From the human T2T-CHM13v2.0 reference genome, Homo sapiens, in the NCBI RefSeq assembly GCF_009914755.1, contig NC_060931.1: a DNA stretch of 64,000 nt. One strand, written 5' to 3'. The position numbers and the translations under genes were made by a program. Shown here piece by piece: positions 46,470 to 60,239 of this stretch (the stretch's first letter is position 1; every line of letters starts with the position of its first letter). The notes beneath the pieces are model-generated. The model did no database searches. It was not told the origin of the DNA and saw only the letters and a list, made by a program, of their open reading frames with translations.

Positions 46470-46862
46470 AATTATGGAGACAGGCTGTTTGAATCCCAGC
46501 TCTGTCTCTTCCAGCTGGGTGATCTTGGGTATGTCATATAACCTCACTATTAGGATTGTCAGATTTAACAAATAAGTATATAGGACATCCAGTTGAATTT
46601 GAATTTCATAGAAACAACGAATATAATTTTAGTTAGTATAAATATGTCCCACATAGTAGTTGGAAAATTCACTGTTTCCGTGAAATTCAAATGTAGCCCG
46701 ATATCCTGTATTTTATCTGGCAACGCTATTCCCTGGGCATAATTATACTACCTCATTCTCAGGGTTGTTGTGAAGCTTAGGTGAGTTAGTAAAAGTTAGT
46801 CAAAGTTACTGGTACACAGCAAGCACTCAATGAGTATTAGTATGGTTAACATTATTACTATT
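46470..46862 (+). mobile_element. MIR split by MER53
   Basis: TTTGAATCCCAGCTCTG...GATCTTGGG, then CTACCTCATTCTCAGGGTTGTTGTGAAG...GCACTCAAT. Confidence 0.75.
46550..46728. mobile_element. MER53 palindromic hAT MITE
   Basis: TAGGATTGTCAGAT...TTTGAATTTCA...TGAAATTCAAA...ATCTGGCAACGCTA, with self-complementary arms. Confidence 0.8.
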
Positions 46863-48302
46863 ATTAGGAATCATTATACCACATACTATGATAATGACCT
46901 CCATTATACTACAACCTCTACCAATCCCCATGCCAGTTTTACTGGTAAGTAGAAAAATCCCTCTCTTATATCAACAGACCACTTTGATTCCACTCGAACT
47001 CCCCAAGGTGGCAGACAACAAATTGGGTTTTTCTATAGAGTAGAATGAGATAGAACCCAGGTATGAGAGGAAAAGGGAGTTATAAATAAGATTAGACTCT
47101 GATACCACAGTTCTCACTGGCCGATAAGTGACACTGAAGTTTGCATTTTAAGCACAATGACCCTATTCCTACATTTTGTCCCCCTTACTTTGTGCTTTTT
47201 AATGCCTCTGAATTCTGTGTATTATTTTTAAATAGGCTTGACATATTTTTGCTCATATGTAATCTTTGGAACTCAGCTTCTTGTAAAGAAAATGCCTTAG
47301 TTTATCAACAAATTTAATCACTTATTTCTAGTGATTTGGGGAAATCCTTTATTATTAAACATATTTATTTTATTATAAATAAATATGTTTATCAGTACAG
47401 AGAAAAGTGTTTACCTTTGTAATGGCTCTGAATCTCTTGGTAGTAAAGGAATAAATTGATAACCAGTTTGAAATGTTTAAAAATATATTTTTTAGTATGG
47501 AACAGGTATGGTAGAGCATTCTGACACATTTAAGGTCATGCTTTGAGCCTCTCGATATAGGTCAGTTAGTTTTAAAATAACAGTAAATACTTCATGTGGT
47601 CAAAAGATTGCATCTTTCATGATTTTGACAATTGTATACTATTGATCACTACAGTAAGTAGATAATAAGAGTAGCTTTAAAATACTAGAAATCTGAGATA
47701 TTGATCACCTGACAGTAGATAATTAATCGACTCCTGTGAGAAGGATAACACCTTTTACATTTTAAGGACACTAAGTTACCATTTCATCCAGCTGTGGACA
47801 AAAACTATTTCCCAGTCCAGATGCCAATACACTGGTATACTGAGTTATTTACCAAGTTTCTCTTGACTCTGGGAAATGGAAAGCATCTTATCGATGTGTT
47901 CTTGAGTGATCATGGAGAACATACATTGTAACAAGATGTTGATAATTATTGTCAGCATGAGTCATAGCCATCATTAGTAGAATTACCTCTCATTATCCTT
48001 TGACTGGCCTCACCTTATAATGTAACAACCCATTATTGATTTAGGACAGGTTTATGTGCAGAATAAACCCTTCTGACGTGAAAGAGTTAAAGTACCCTTG
48101 AAAAGTGAATTTATATGATATCAGATGTGGGCTCGTAAAAGTTTTTTAAAAATTAAATTTTAAAAAAGAAAAATGAAAATGAATTTATTACATTACCTAA
48201 TCAATGAAAATTCAACATTGATATTACTGCTACAAGAAAAAATTAATGACAGTAACTTGACACAGTTAATACTTTAAAGTTTTAGTGTATTAAAACAACT
48301 TT

Positions 48303-48378
48303 CGCGCCACTGCACTCCAGCCTGGGTGACAGAGCGAGACTCAGTCTCAAAAAATAAAATAAAATAATAAAATAAAAT
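48303..48378 (+). mobile_element. Severely 5'-truncated Alu (last ~45 nt plus tail)
   Basis: CGCGCCACTGCACTCCAGCCTGGGTGACAGAGCGAGACTC plus (TAAAA)n; TSD AAAA(C/T)AACTTT. Confidence 0.9.
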
Positions 48379-48608
48379 GAAATAACTTTTATGGGAAATC
48401 CTCTGAGTGGGGCATGAGATACTCTGATGTAGCCATGTAATGATTTCTTTATTATTTATCATAGGAACAGATGAAGTTAATGTACTCTCACTATCGCCCC
48501 ATGTAATAGTTAGGGTGCCCCAAGGTCCAAGTACTCTTTCCCTGAAATAAGCTACATATATACAGTGAGAGAGGAGAATGAATTATTATTTGTGCAAATT
48601 TCCTACTA

Positions 48609-48909
<301 letters not shown>

Positions 48910-48914
48910 GTTGT

Positions 48915-50352
<1,438 letters not shown>

Positions 50353-51306
50353 CAAAAAAAAGGTTTATTTTGTTTAGAAATGGTTGCATGCTTTCAAAAA
50401 ATGTATGTTTTTATAAAAATTAGAAAAATATTAGTCCTTCAGTGTCCCAAGGTTAAAAATAATTGTGATAAAATTTTGCCATAAATGAATTAATATCTGT
50501 AATAATAATAAATATTGATATTTTTATGCTTTGAAAAGTACCTGGCACACAATACGTGATCTATAAGCATTTGATAAATAAACAGATACGTACATGTATA
50601 CTTACTTGGGTTCCACAATTTCTGCCCTGAGAAATAAGAGATCCAACTACTCCAGGCCACATCAATCAAATGGACCAACTATCCTCAGACAGTGCCCTCT
50701 CCCAAACCCACATCTGCCCCTTTGATGAGTGAGCTGCCTTAGCAACAAGAACCAAGACCACTTGGATAGGTGGAATCTCACACAGTTCAAGAGAAGTGGG
50801 TAATATTTTAATCCTATAATTAATAAATAAAGGGAGAATAAAGCACTTCACACAGTGTCTGTCTCTTGGTGTCCTGCAATTTCCATCTGAGTCCAGTCTG
50901 GCCAAATACTTCAAGGTTATTGCCCCACACTAATAACCCCACAGACAATATTGAAGCAGGACCCAGCTACATTTCCCACATTTACTTGAAAGTACAGTAT
51001 CAGCTTCACTTTTTTCCTTTGTCCTCTCCCCAGTAAAACTTGTTTTGAATTAAGGTTCCAATAAATTCAGCCATAATGAGGTGTAAATTTTTGCTAATGT
51101 GATAAAGTGCTCCCTTTCAAGTATCAGCTTCAACTAGCTGACAAAATCTTAATCCAAGTGAATGAAGTTATAATGATGGAATTTCTGAAATAAGCAGGTG
51201 AGTGTGCCAATAATTTTGAAAGGACAAAGAGAGGCCTTTCTAGTTACTACGAAGCCATACTAACTACATGCCCAGACTTACCTATGTGTGAACTAATTGT
51301 TGCTAA

Positions 51307-51501
<195 letters not shown>

Positions 51502-52324
51502 TAAAATTTAAATTGAGCTAAGAAACCCATATAAAACATATATATCTGGTACATATATATATATTTGGTATACACACACATATACACACATGAGATACAT
51601 TGAATAAGGGCAATCTGTGAGGTGCTATCAAATTGCAATTTTACTTTTGTCTCCCACGTCCTATCAAATCCACTTAGTGGAAGCTATTCCTACTTGGGCT
51701 CCTGAAAGAAAACCTGGGCAGCCCCATAACCTTTTTCATCTCTCTTAGGTAATACAAAATCTTACAGCCCATTGAGTCATAGTCATAGTCCCAGTTCATA
51801 AATGAGAATATAATAGCCAACTGTCAATCTTCAATCACAAATAAGATATGCCCCCATCTATATCCAGCTATGGCTGACTGCAGAGGGCCACCTGCCTTCT
51901 TTATTAACTAGAAAGCCATGGTTGGCTGTTTTCCTTCCTTCTTATCTCCACTTCAGCCTTCTCCAGGTTTGGTATGGAATGGGGTGGTGTTGTAGTAGCA
52001 AAAAGGCAAGGGAGAAGCAAAGTTCTTTGCTTTGTACCCTATAGTACTAACAGATGTTCAAAGTTGATCCTTCCCGTTATAGCTTATTCAGAAGTTCCTC
52101 TGCTAGGCCTCTCCAACACTGACTCCTCTTCACTGGCCACTCCTGGCTCACCTCACCTTTATCCCAGGGTTACTTAAAACTGAGGGTCTTTTGGCCTTGG
52201 CAAATCACCCTCACGTGCAGAATCCCTTATACAGTGCCCCAGGTCAACGTACCTAGTCCTCAGACTCACATATCTTTGTCCTGCAATCAGAGGCCAAGAG
52301 GGTTGGTACATCCCAGTTGCTACC

Positions 52325-54637
52325 AGATATGGTTTGGCTCTGTGTCTCCACCCGAATCTCATCTCAAATTGTAATTTCCACATGTTGAAGGACGGACATG
52401 ATGGGAGATGACTGGATCATGGGGATGGTTCCCTCCATGTTGTTCTCATGATAGTGAGTGAGTTCCCACAATATCTGATGGTTTTTAAAGTGGCACTTCC
52501 TCCATTGCTCCCTTTCTTACCTGCCACCATGTAAGATGTGCCTTGCTTCCCCTTCACCTTCTGTCATGACTGTAAGTTTCCTGAGGCCTCCCCAGCCATG
52601 TGGAATGGTGAGTCAATTAAACCTGTCTTCTTTATAAATTACCCAGTCTTGGGGAGTTCTTTATAGCAGTGTGAAAATGGACGAATACAGAGAATTGGCA
52701 CTGGCAGAGTGGGATACTGCTACAAAGATAACCTGAATATGTGGAAGTAACTTTGGAACTGAGTAACAGGCAGAGGTTGGTGGAACAGTTTGGAGGGCTC
52801 AGAAGAAGACAGGAAGACATGGGAAAGTTTGGAACTTCCTAGAGACTTGTTGAATGGTTTTGACCACAATACTGATAGTGATATGGACAATGAGGTCCAG
52901 GCTGAGGTGATCTCAGATGGAGATGAGGAACTTATTGGAAACTGGAGTAAAGGTCACTCATGCTATGCTTTAGCAAAGAAACTGGTGGCATTGTGCCCCT
53001 GCCCTAGAGACCTGTGGAACTTTGAACTTAAGAAAATTATTTAGGGTATCTGGTGGAAGACATTTCTAAGCAGCAAAGTGTTCAAGACATAACCTGGCTG
53101 ATTCCGAAAGCATTCAGTCATATGCATTCACAAAGAGATTATCTGAAACTGAAACTTTTATTTAAAAGGAAGCAGAACATAAAAGCTTAGAAAATTTTGC
53201 AGCCTGACCATTAGGTAAAAAAGAAAAACTCATTTTCTGGGGAGAAATTCAAGCCAGCCGCAGAAATTTGTGTAAGTAAGGAGGAGCCAAATGTTAATAG
53301 CCAAGACAATGGGGAGAATGTCTCCAGGGCATGTAAGAGATCTTCAGGGCATCAAAGGCCCAGGGCCCCGCTGCTCTGTGCAGCCTCAGGACTTGATGCC
53401 CTGCTTCCCAGCCACTCCAGCTCCAGCTGCTAAAAGGGGCCAAGGTACAGATTGAGCTGTTGCTTCAGAGGGTGCAAACCCCAAGCCTTGGCAGCTTCCA
53501 CATGGTGTTGGGCCTGCAGGTGCACAGAAGAGACAATTGTTGAGCTTTGGAAACCTCCACCTAGATTTCAGAGGATATATGGAAATGCCTGAATGTCTAG
53601 GCAGAAGTCTGCTGCAAGGGTGGAGCTCTTATGGAGAACCTCCACTAGGGCAATGCAGAGGGGAAATGTGAGGTTGGAGCCCCCACACAGAGTCCCCACT
53701 GGGGCACTGCCTAGTGGAGTTGTGAGAAGAGGGCCATCATCCTCCAGACCCCAGAATGGTAGCTTCACCAACAACTTGCACCATGTGCCTAGAAAAGCCA
53801 CAGGGACTCAATGCCAGCTCATGAAAGCATCTGTGGGGGTTGTACCCTGAAAAACCACAGGGGCAGAGCTGCCCAAGGCCATAGGAGCCCACCCTTTGCA
53901 TCAGCATGCCCTGGATGTGAGACATGAAGTCAAAAGAGATATTGGAGTTTTAAGATTTACTGACTGACTGCCCCACCTGGTTTCTGAATTGCATGAGGCC
54001 TGTGACCCTTTGTTTTGGCCAATTTCTCTCATTTAGAATGAGAACATTTACCCAATGCCTGTACCTCCATTGTATCTTGGAAATAACTAAATTGCTCTTC
54101 ATTTTACAGGTTCATAGGTGGAAGGGACTAGCCTTGTCTCAAATGAGACTTTGGACTTGGACTTTTGGGTTAATGCTGGAATGAGTGAAGACTTTGGGGA
54201 ACTGTTGGGAAGGCATGACTATGTTTTGAAATGTGAGAAAGACATGAGATTTGGGAGGGGACAGAGGCAAAATGATATGGTTTGGCTCTGTGTCTCCACC
54301 TGAGTCTCATCTGAAATCGTAATCCCCACGTGTCAGGGGAGGAACCTGGTGGGAGGTGATTGGATCATGGGGGCAGTTTCCCTCATGCTGTTCTCATGAT
54401 AGTGAATGAGTTCTCATGAGATCTGATGGTTTTAAAAGTGGCACTTCCTCTTTCATGCTCTTTCTCACCTGCCACCATGTAAGAGGTGACTTGCTTCCCC
54501 TTTGCCTTACACCATGACTGTAAGCTTCCTGAGGCCTTCCCAGCCATGTGGAACTGTGAGTTAATTAAACCTCTTTTCTTTATAAATGACCCAGTCTTGG
54601 GTAGTTCTTTATAGCAGTGTGAAAATGGACTAATACA
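52325..54637 (+). mobile_element. Full-structure THE1D MaLR provirus (LTR 52325-52689, internal 52690-54272, LTR 54273-54637)
   Basis: Two direct ~365-bp LTRs (GATATGGTTTGGCTCTGTGTC...AATACA); MaLR internal ORF remnant (EGSEEDRKTWESLELPRDLLNGFD); purine tract before the 3' LTR; TSD CTACC/CTATC. Confidence 0.93.
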
Positions 54638-55337
54638 CTATCCAAGCTGATTTAACTTCCTCAGGAAGTGTCAGGCACCAGGCCACCATGCCCCCAAATG
54701 AGGGAACATGTCTCAAGATCACCAAGTGTGGCTGTTGAAGTTTCTCTTAAAGGCTAGGGTTAAGGAGGCAGTGTTCTCCCACCCCTCCCTCACAGTAAGG
54801 GCCTGAGTGTTGGACTCAAAGCTTTATCCAAGCAAAAGAGCAAGACCGAACTAAAATTCAAACCCAGACAATCACTACAGTAAGCTAGTGACTAGGTTGT
54901 TTGCAACTTTCAAAAATTCATCTTCCGACAGCTTGTATTTGTTCATTATACAGTATATTGATAACCCAATCTTAGCATTTTGAATGTAGACTTTCAAACA
55001 CTAGCTGACAAAAGAAATAATTTGAGTTTTCAGTAGTCATCTGCCTGTCAAGTAGTAAGTCCAGATCTCAGCACTGAATCTGTAAACAGCCATGTTTATA
55101 ACAATATTTCAATATTTTATTTCATTCTTAGTCTTTTTAAACACCAACTAAGTGGAAAATGGAAAATGAAAGTGCTTTGGTATTAACTATAAGCATAAAT
55201 CTCATAAGCTTGAAATAATTTCTAGGAGAACAAACACAAATACCTTCAAGGCCCAGGCAGCTAACAGCTGGAATGGAAAGTGCACACTCCACTTTAGGGC
55301 ATACAAATTCAAAACACTTTTAAAAAAACATACTGCT

Positions 55338-55673
55338 GGCTGGGCACGGTGGCTCATGCCTGTAATCCCAGCCCTTTGGGAGGCCGAGGCGAATGGATCA
55401 CAATGTCAGCAGTTCAAGACCAGCCTGGCCAACATGGTGAAACTCCGTCTCTACTAAAAATACAAAAATTAGCTGGTTGTGGTGGCGGGTACCTGTAATC
55501 CCAGCTACTCGCGAAGCAGAGGAAGAAAATTGCTTGAACTCGGGAGGTGGAGGTTGCAGTGAGCCGAGATTGTGCCACTGCATTCCAGCCTGGGTGACAG
55601 AGCGAGACTCCATCTCAAAAACACACATACACGCACACACAGACAGACAGACACACACACACACACACACACA
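55338..55673 (+). mobile_element. AluS with compound (CA)n/(CAGA)n tail
   Basis: Dimer followed by only ~5 A, then a CA/CAGA microsatellite. Confidence 0.93.
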
Positions 55674-56085
55674 GCCAAAACTTGTCCTCGGTCACAGTGC
55701 GCGACTTCTGTTAGAAAAAGATGAAAATCATCAGGCATGGCAAAAGTGACTAATCTGTTTTTACTGTGTGTTCCCATGGTGTTCAGTGGTGTCCAGTTTG
55801 GAGGGAAAGAGCATGTACCAATGTCTAGAAGGGAGAGGTATAATTAGGGATTTTATAATTTTTTTGGAATATTTCTGGGAATGGATATCATCTGACTTCC
55901 AACTACTCATTGAATATTCACAAAATGGACTTGCAGATGCACCTGCGCTTAGAAAGGGATCGCATGCACCGTCAACTGTTTTACTTTCTTTTGTTTTTGA
56001 AGGGGTGGGGCAGGAAAGGAATACAACAAAAGGCTGAATTTTTTCTCGTGCTTGATTATTTACATGCAACAAACTATATTATTTC

Positions 56086-56592
56086 TGTGAACCCCAAATA
56101 TCTGAGACAGGTCTCAATCAATTTAGAAAGTTTATTTTGCCAAGGTTAAGGACATGTGCCCGTGACAAAGCCTCAGGAGGTCCTGACAACATGGGCCCAA
56201 GGTGGTCCAGGCACAGCTTGGTTTTATGCATTTTAGGGAGAGGAGACATCGATCAATTTTCCACCTGTGACCTGAAGGAGGCTTCCAGGTCATGGGTAGA
56301 TAAAAGACAAATGGCTGCATTCTTTTGAGCTCCTGATAAGCCTTTCCAAAGAAAGCAATCAGATATGCATCTATCTCAGTGAGCAGAGGAAGGACTTTGA
56401 GTCCTGTGTGTCCTTTGTCCCCAAAGAATTTCCTTCTGGACAAATTGTGAGAGAGGTGTGTAGCTTTTTTATCTTAGTAGCTATCTTTTTTAGGAATAGA
56501 ATGTGAGGGAGGTTTGCCCTAAGTAGTTCCTAGTTTGATTTTTCCCTTTGGCTTAGTGCTATTGGGATCCTGAGATTTATTTTCCTTTCACA
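56086..56592 (-). mobile_element. MER4A ERV1 solo LTR
   Basis: TGTGAACCCCAAATATCTGAGACAGGTCTC...ATTTTCCTTTCACA; perfect 4-bp TSD TTTC. Confidence 0.9.
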
Positions 56593-57182
56593 TTTCTAAA
56601 ATCACTATCACTTAATTTGTTCTTTATGAAAGAGACTGGTTTAGTCCGTGTAGTACTGAAAGGATTTCATACCCAAAACAGCTTCTGAGTGGTTATGGGA
56701 TAAGTAAATAAGCTAATGTGAGTTTTCTTATTGATCAGTAATTGACTGGGTGCTAAGCTGCCTAAGTGTTCATACTCCATCAAAAATTAAAGTCTTATTC
56801 AGATCGCAAACTCTAACAGGCATATTAACTATTATAATATTTCATCAAAGTTCACATATAAAATTTTAATTATGAGTTTTCTTTAAAATCTAGATTATAC
56901 TAGCTTGACCACTAAGAGGAAACTATGCCACTGTAGAAATGATATAGAGATTTGTGAAAAACATTGCCCTGAGATATGAATATATTTAGAGTCATAACAC
57001 ATCAACACATTGTTAAGAATGATCTGAAATCCTGACCAGCATTATTCTGACATTAGTGAATATTTTAGCTACCCTCTATTTAGGAATAAATAAGGCAAAA
57101 GGAGAAAAATAAAGGGAATGCATTTTTTTTGTTTATTCACTTATTCAATCCACAATATTTATTGAAGTATATGAGGTCATTA

Positions 57183-57701
57183 TTTGTTGTCCATTCGTGT
57201 CTATTCTTTCCTTCTTCCTGTCCAACAGAATTCGGATTTGAGTTTTGGTACATACTCCTCCTCCATTCTAAATAGGTGGCCCCACTTAGGTCCATGGGTG
57301 GATCCTGAACTGTCTAAGCCAACCAGAATAATCCCACTCTTCTGGCAGGTGATTAGTCACTGAACAGGCATCTAACCTAATTGTAACAGACACATAAGGG
57401 CACATTTGCTGGGAGGTTCCTGGGAGAGGCTCTCTTATTCCTAAAAGGGAGTACTAGAAGAGTACTTTTGCTTCTGGATGTTTTCTTACCTGGATGTGAA
57501 GGCAGGAACTAACTATCCTATGAACTTGATGAAGCCAGCACTTAGAGAAAGGCAGAGCCCAGAGATTCATGGAGATGCCAAGACTAAGGCTATCACAACT
57601 TCTGCACGTGGTGATATGAGAGAAAATTAATGATGTTTCTTTATTTGCCAATTTGAGTTGGGCTTAAAAGTTACTTGGAGCCAAAAGCATCCTATTTGGA
57701 T
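57183..57701 (+). mobile_element. MLT1K-like LTR
   Basis: CTAAGCCAACCAGAATAATCCCA...TTTGAGTTGGG...GTTACTTGGAGCCAAAAGCATCCTA. Confidence 0.65.
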
Positions 57702-58742
57702 ATAGCTTATCCTGTACTTGCATTAGGCTGCTACACAATACAACAATAAATGTGATTACCCCTGCTCTAGTGATAAAATTAGGAAGGGTAAAGGGAGTGG
57801 CTCTGCTCCTAGCAAGTACATTGTATTTGATAGCTGCCTGGAATGAGACAACACAGTTGTCTTTGAAGGCAATGAATGTAATTTGGTAAATTTGAAGCCT
57901 AGTATGCTGGAAGGGTGCATATTTCTTCAAATCATTATCTAGTGGGTGATAAAACTTGAGCTTCTGGTCCAAACGTGAACTAGCTGATGAAAAAGCACAA
58001 GTTTATTTCTAAGGACCTCCAACATCCTAGCTTTCCTAGATTTGCTTTGGCAACTCTAGTTCTTTCATTATGCTCTGTGAGGGCTTGTTTAGCTTCATAT
58101 TGCATAGATATTCATTAGTGCTGCATCTCCTCCTTTTTGAGATCATGTTTTCCTAACACCCGCTGACATAATTAGTGGGAGGCAGCTGCTCTTAGGTCTA
58201 AAGTCTCCCTTCCTCGTTTCATTCTCTAACAAGTCTGACCCAGAGAATTTCAGGTCCATGAAATTCATTCTTTCCAGCCTCTCATGAAAGGTTGAGTTAG
58301 GCTCAGATAAATTACCTAAGTGACCTATATTTTACACAACAATTTATATGGCACATACATATAATCTTCTGACTTTGCTCGTTACTTCAAAAATTTTCTT
58401 TTATGGATGTCCAATAATGACTATGCATTCATAATATTGGTGCCACAATGTTAATATCCTTCTATTTCTGGAAGTACGACAGTAGCTTGGTATATTACAT
58501 TTTGTCTCAGATGAAGAACCTGTCTAATGCCTCACCAAGCAAGTATTCAAAATGGAATCTGGGTTTCTGCTGTGCAGCAAAAACCAATGGTTAATGCATT
58601 TTATAAATTCAGTTTACATAAAAGGACGCTTCTGGCGAAGTCATTGTTTATAAACATCATTATCTAAAGAATAATTGAGATATTTATAATAACATCACTC
58701 ACACTGACTAGAGAATGGTCAGATTTGGAATAAATGCTTTAA

Positions 58743-58897
58743 CATTAGGACAAATACCTAATGCATGCAGGACTTAAAACCTAGATGACGGGTTGACAGG
58801 TGCAGCAAACCACCATGGCACATGTATACCTATGTAACAAACCTGCACGTTCTGCACACGTATCCCAGAACTTAAGGTAAAATAAAATAAAAATAAA
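58743..58897 (+). mobile_element. Very short L1PA8-like 3' end
   Basis: CATTAGGACAAATACCTAATGC...CAGAACTTAA plus A-rich tail; TSD TAAATG(C/T)TTTAA. Confidence 0.9.
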
Positions 58898-60008
58898 GAG
58901 TAAATGTTTTAAGAAATATCTTAGGCTCAATCTTCGATACTGTTATGATTTCCTAGCTCCTAGACATGAAGCGCATATTGAGAATTCAGCAAATAGCACA
59001 AATTTATGTATTTTAGGAAGGAATATTGGTTTATAAAATTAGCAAATCATACTTTGGAAATTGAAATAATTATTTTTAATGTGCGGTTATAAATATTTGA
59101 TAAAGAATTCTTTGAATGGCTGTACTTTTTCAGGTAGCTTTACAACGTGCTTTGTATCATGGAATTTCTGTTGGCCTCTTTAATCAGATTTATTTCTATA
59201 TTAAGTTTGGGTATATGTATTTGTTTATTCATTTATACATACAATACCTTGTTCCAAAAAACTATTTAGAGCAGTACAAACTCCACTGTAGAATGTAAGA
59301 GCTATTAAAAAAACAAAATGAATTAGCATACATTCCATATATTTTGGGCTCTTATGTGTTTCTGTTACCTTAGGGCAACATGAATTATATCCTTTGTGTC
59401 AACTTTGTTGAAAAAATTATATTTTGCTCCATATTTTAAAACTTCTTTAAAAAGCAAATCAATATAAATAAACTAAATAACACTTCACTGCATGGTTGTG
59501 AAATTTGAAGATATGTACAATACATATCTAGTTATGTTTTTAATGATTTAACCAAAAAATATAACCTATTTTTCGAAACAGCAGGTACAAATATTTTAGT
59601 ATGTTGGAAAAGAGAGGGAAAAACATGAGAATGAAAGTCTGGATTGGTTAAAAATAGTTACTTTTGAATATTTTTAAGGTATGGACTGTGTAAGTACCGT
59701 ATATTATATTTTAAACTAAGATAGAAATGAATGCATTGTTTTAATTTATTGGATAAGAACACCATAAAAATAAACTTAGAAATTCTTAAAATATATTGAA
59801 ATGTTTCTTTTTTACTCCTATATAATTTAGGGTATATTATTAAAATGCTTCCCAACTAATGTTTCATGTTCTATGTAAATTTAGTAAATATTGGGATTTC
59901 AGTACTAAACATACAATAACATACTGTTTTAGTTAACACATAAGTACAGAATTTTTCAGAATTTCATCATGTCGTTTAATCACTGGTCTATGTAAGGGAC
60001 TTTGCCCC

Positions 60009-60222
60009 TACGGTTTTTCAACCTTGCTACTATTGCGTTTTGACCTGGATAATTCTTGGTGGTAGAGTCTGTCCTGTGTATTTCAGGATGCTCAGCAGCA
60101 TCCTCGGCCTCTACCCATTAATGCCAGGAGATGCCCCCCAGGAGTGGCAAACAAAAATATTTCCAGATATTGTCAAATGCTCCCTGGGGGGCAAAATTCC
60201 CCCCACCTCCACTGAGAATCAT
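60009..60222 (+). mobile_element. MER20 (hAT-Charlie)
   Basis: GGATAATTCTT...CAGCATCCTCGGCCTCTACCCA...CCAGATATTGTCAAATGCTCCCTGGGGGGCAAAAT. Confidence 0.85.
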
Positions 60223-60239
60223 TCAATACAGCAGACAGA

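Noticed and set aside
52790-54303. Acidic ORF fragments
   Set aside because: Decayed THE1 internal (MaLR) ORF broken by stops and frameshifts.
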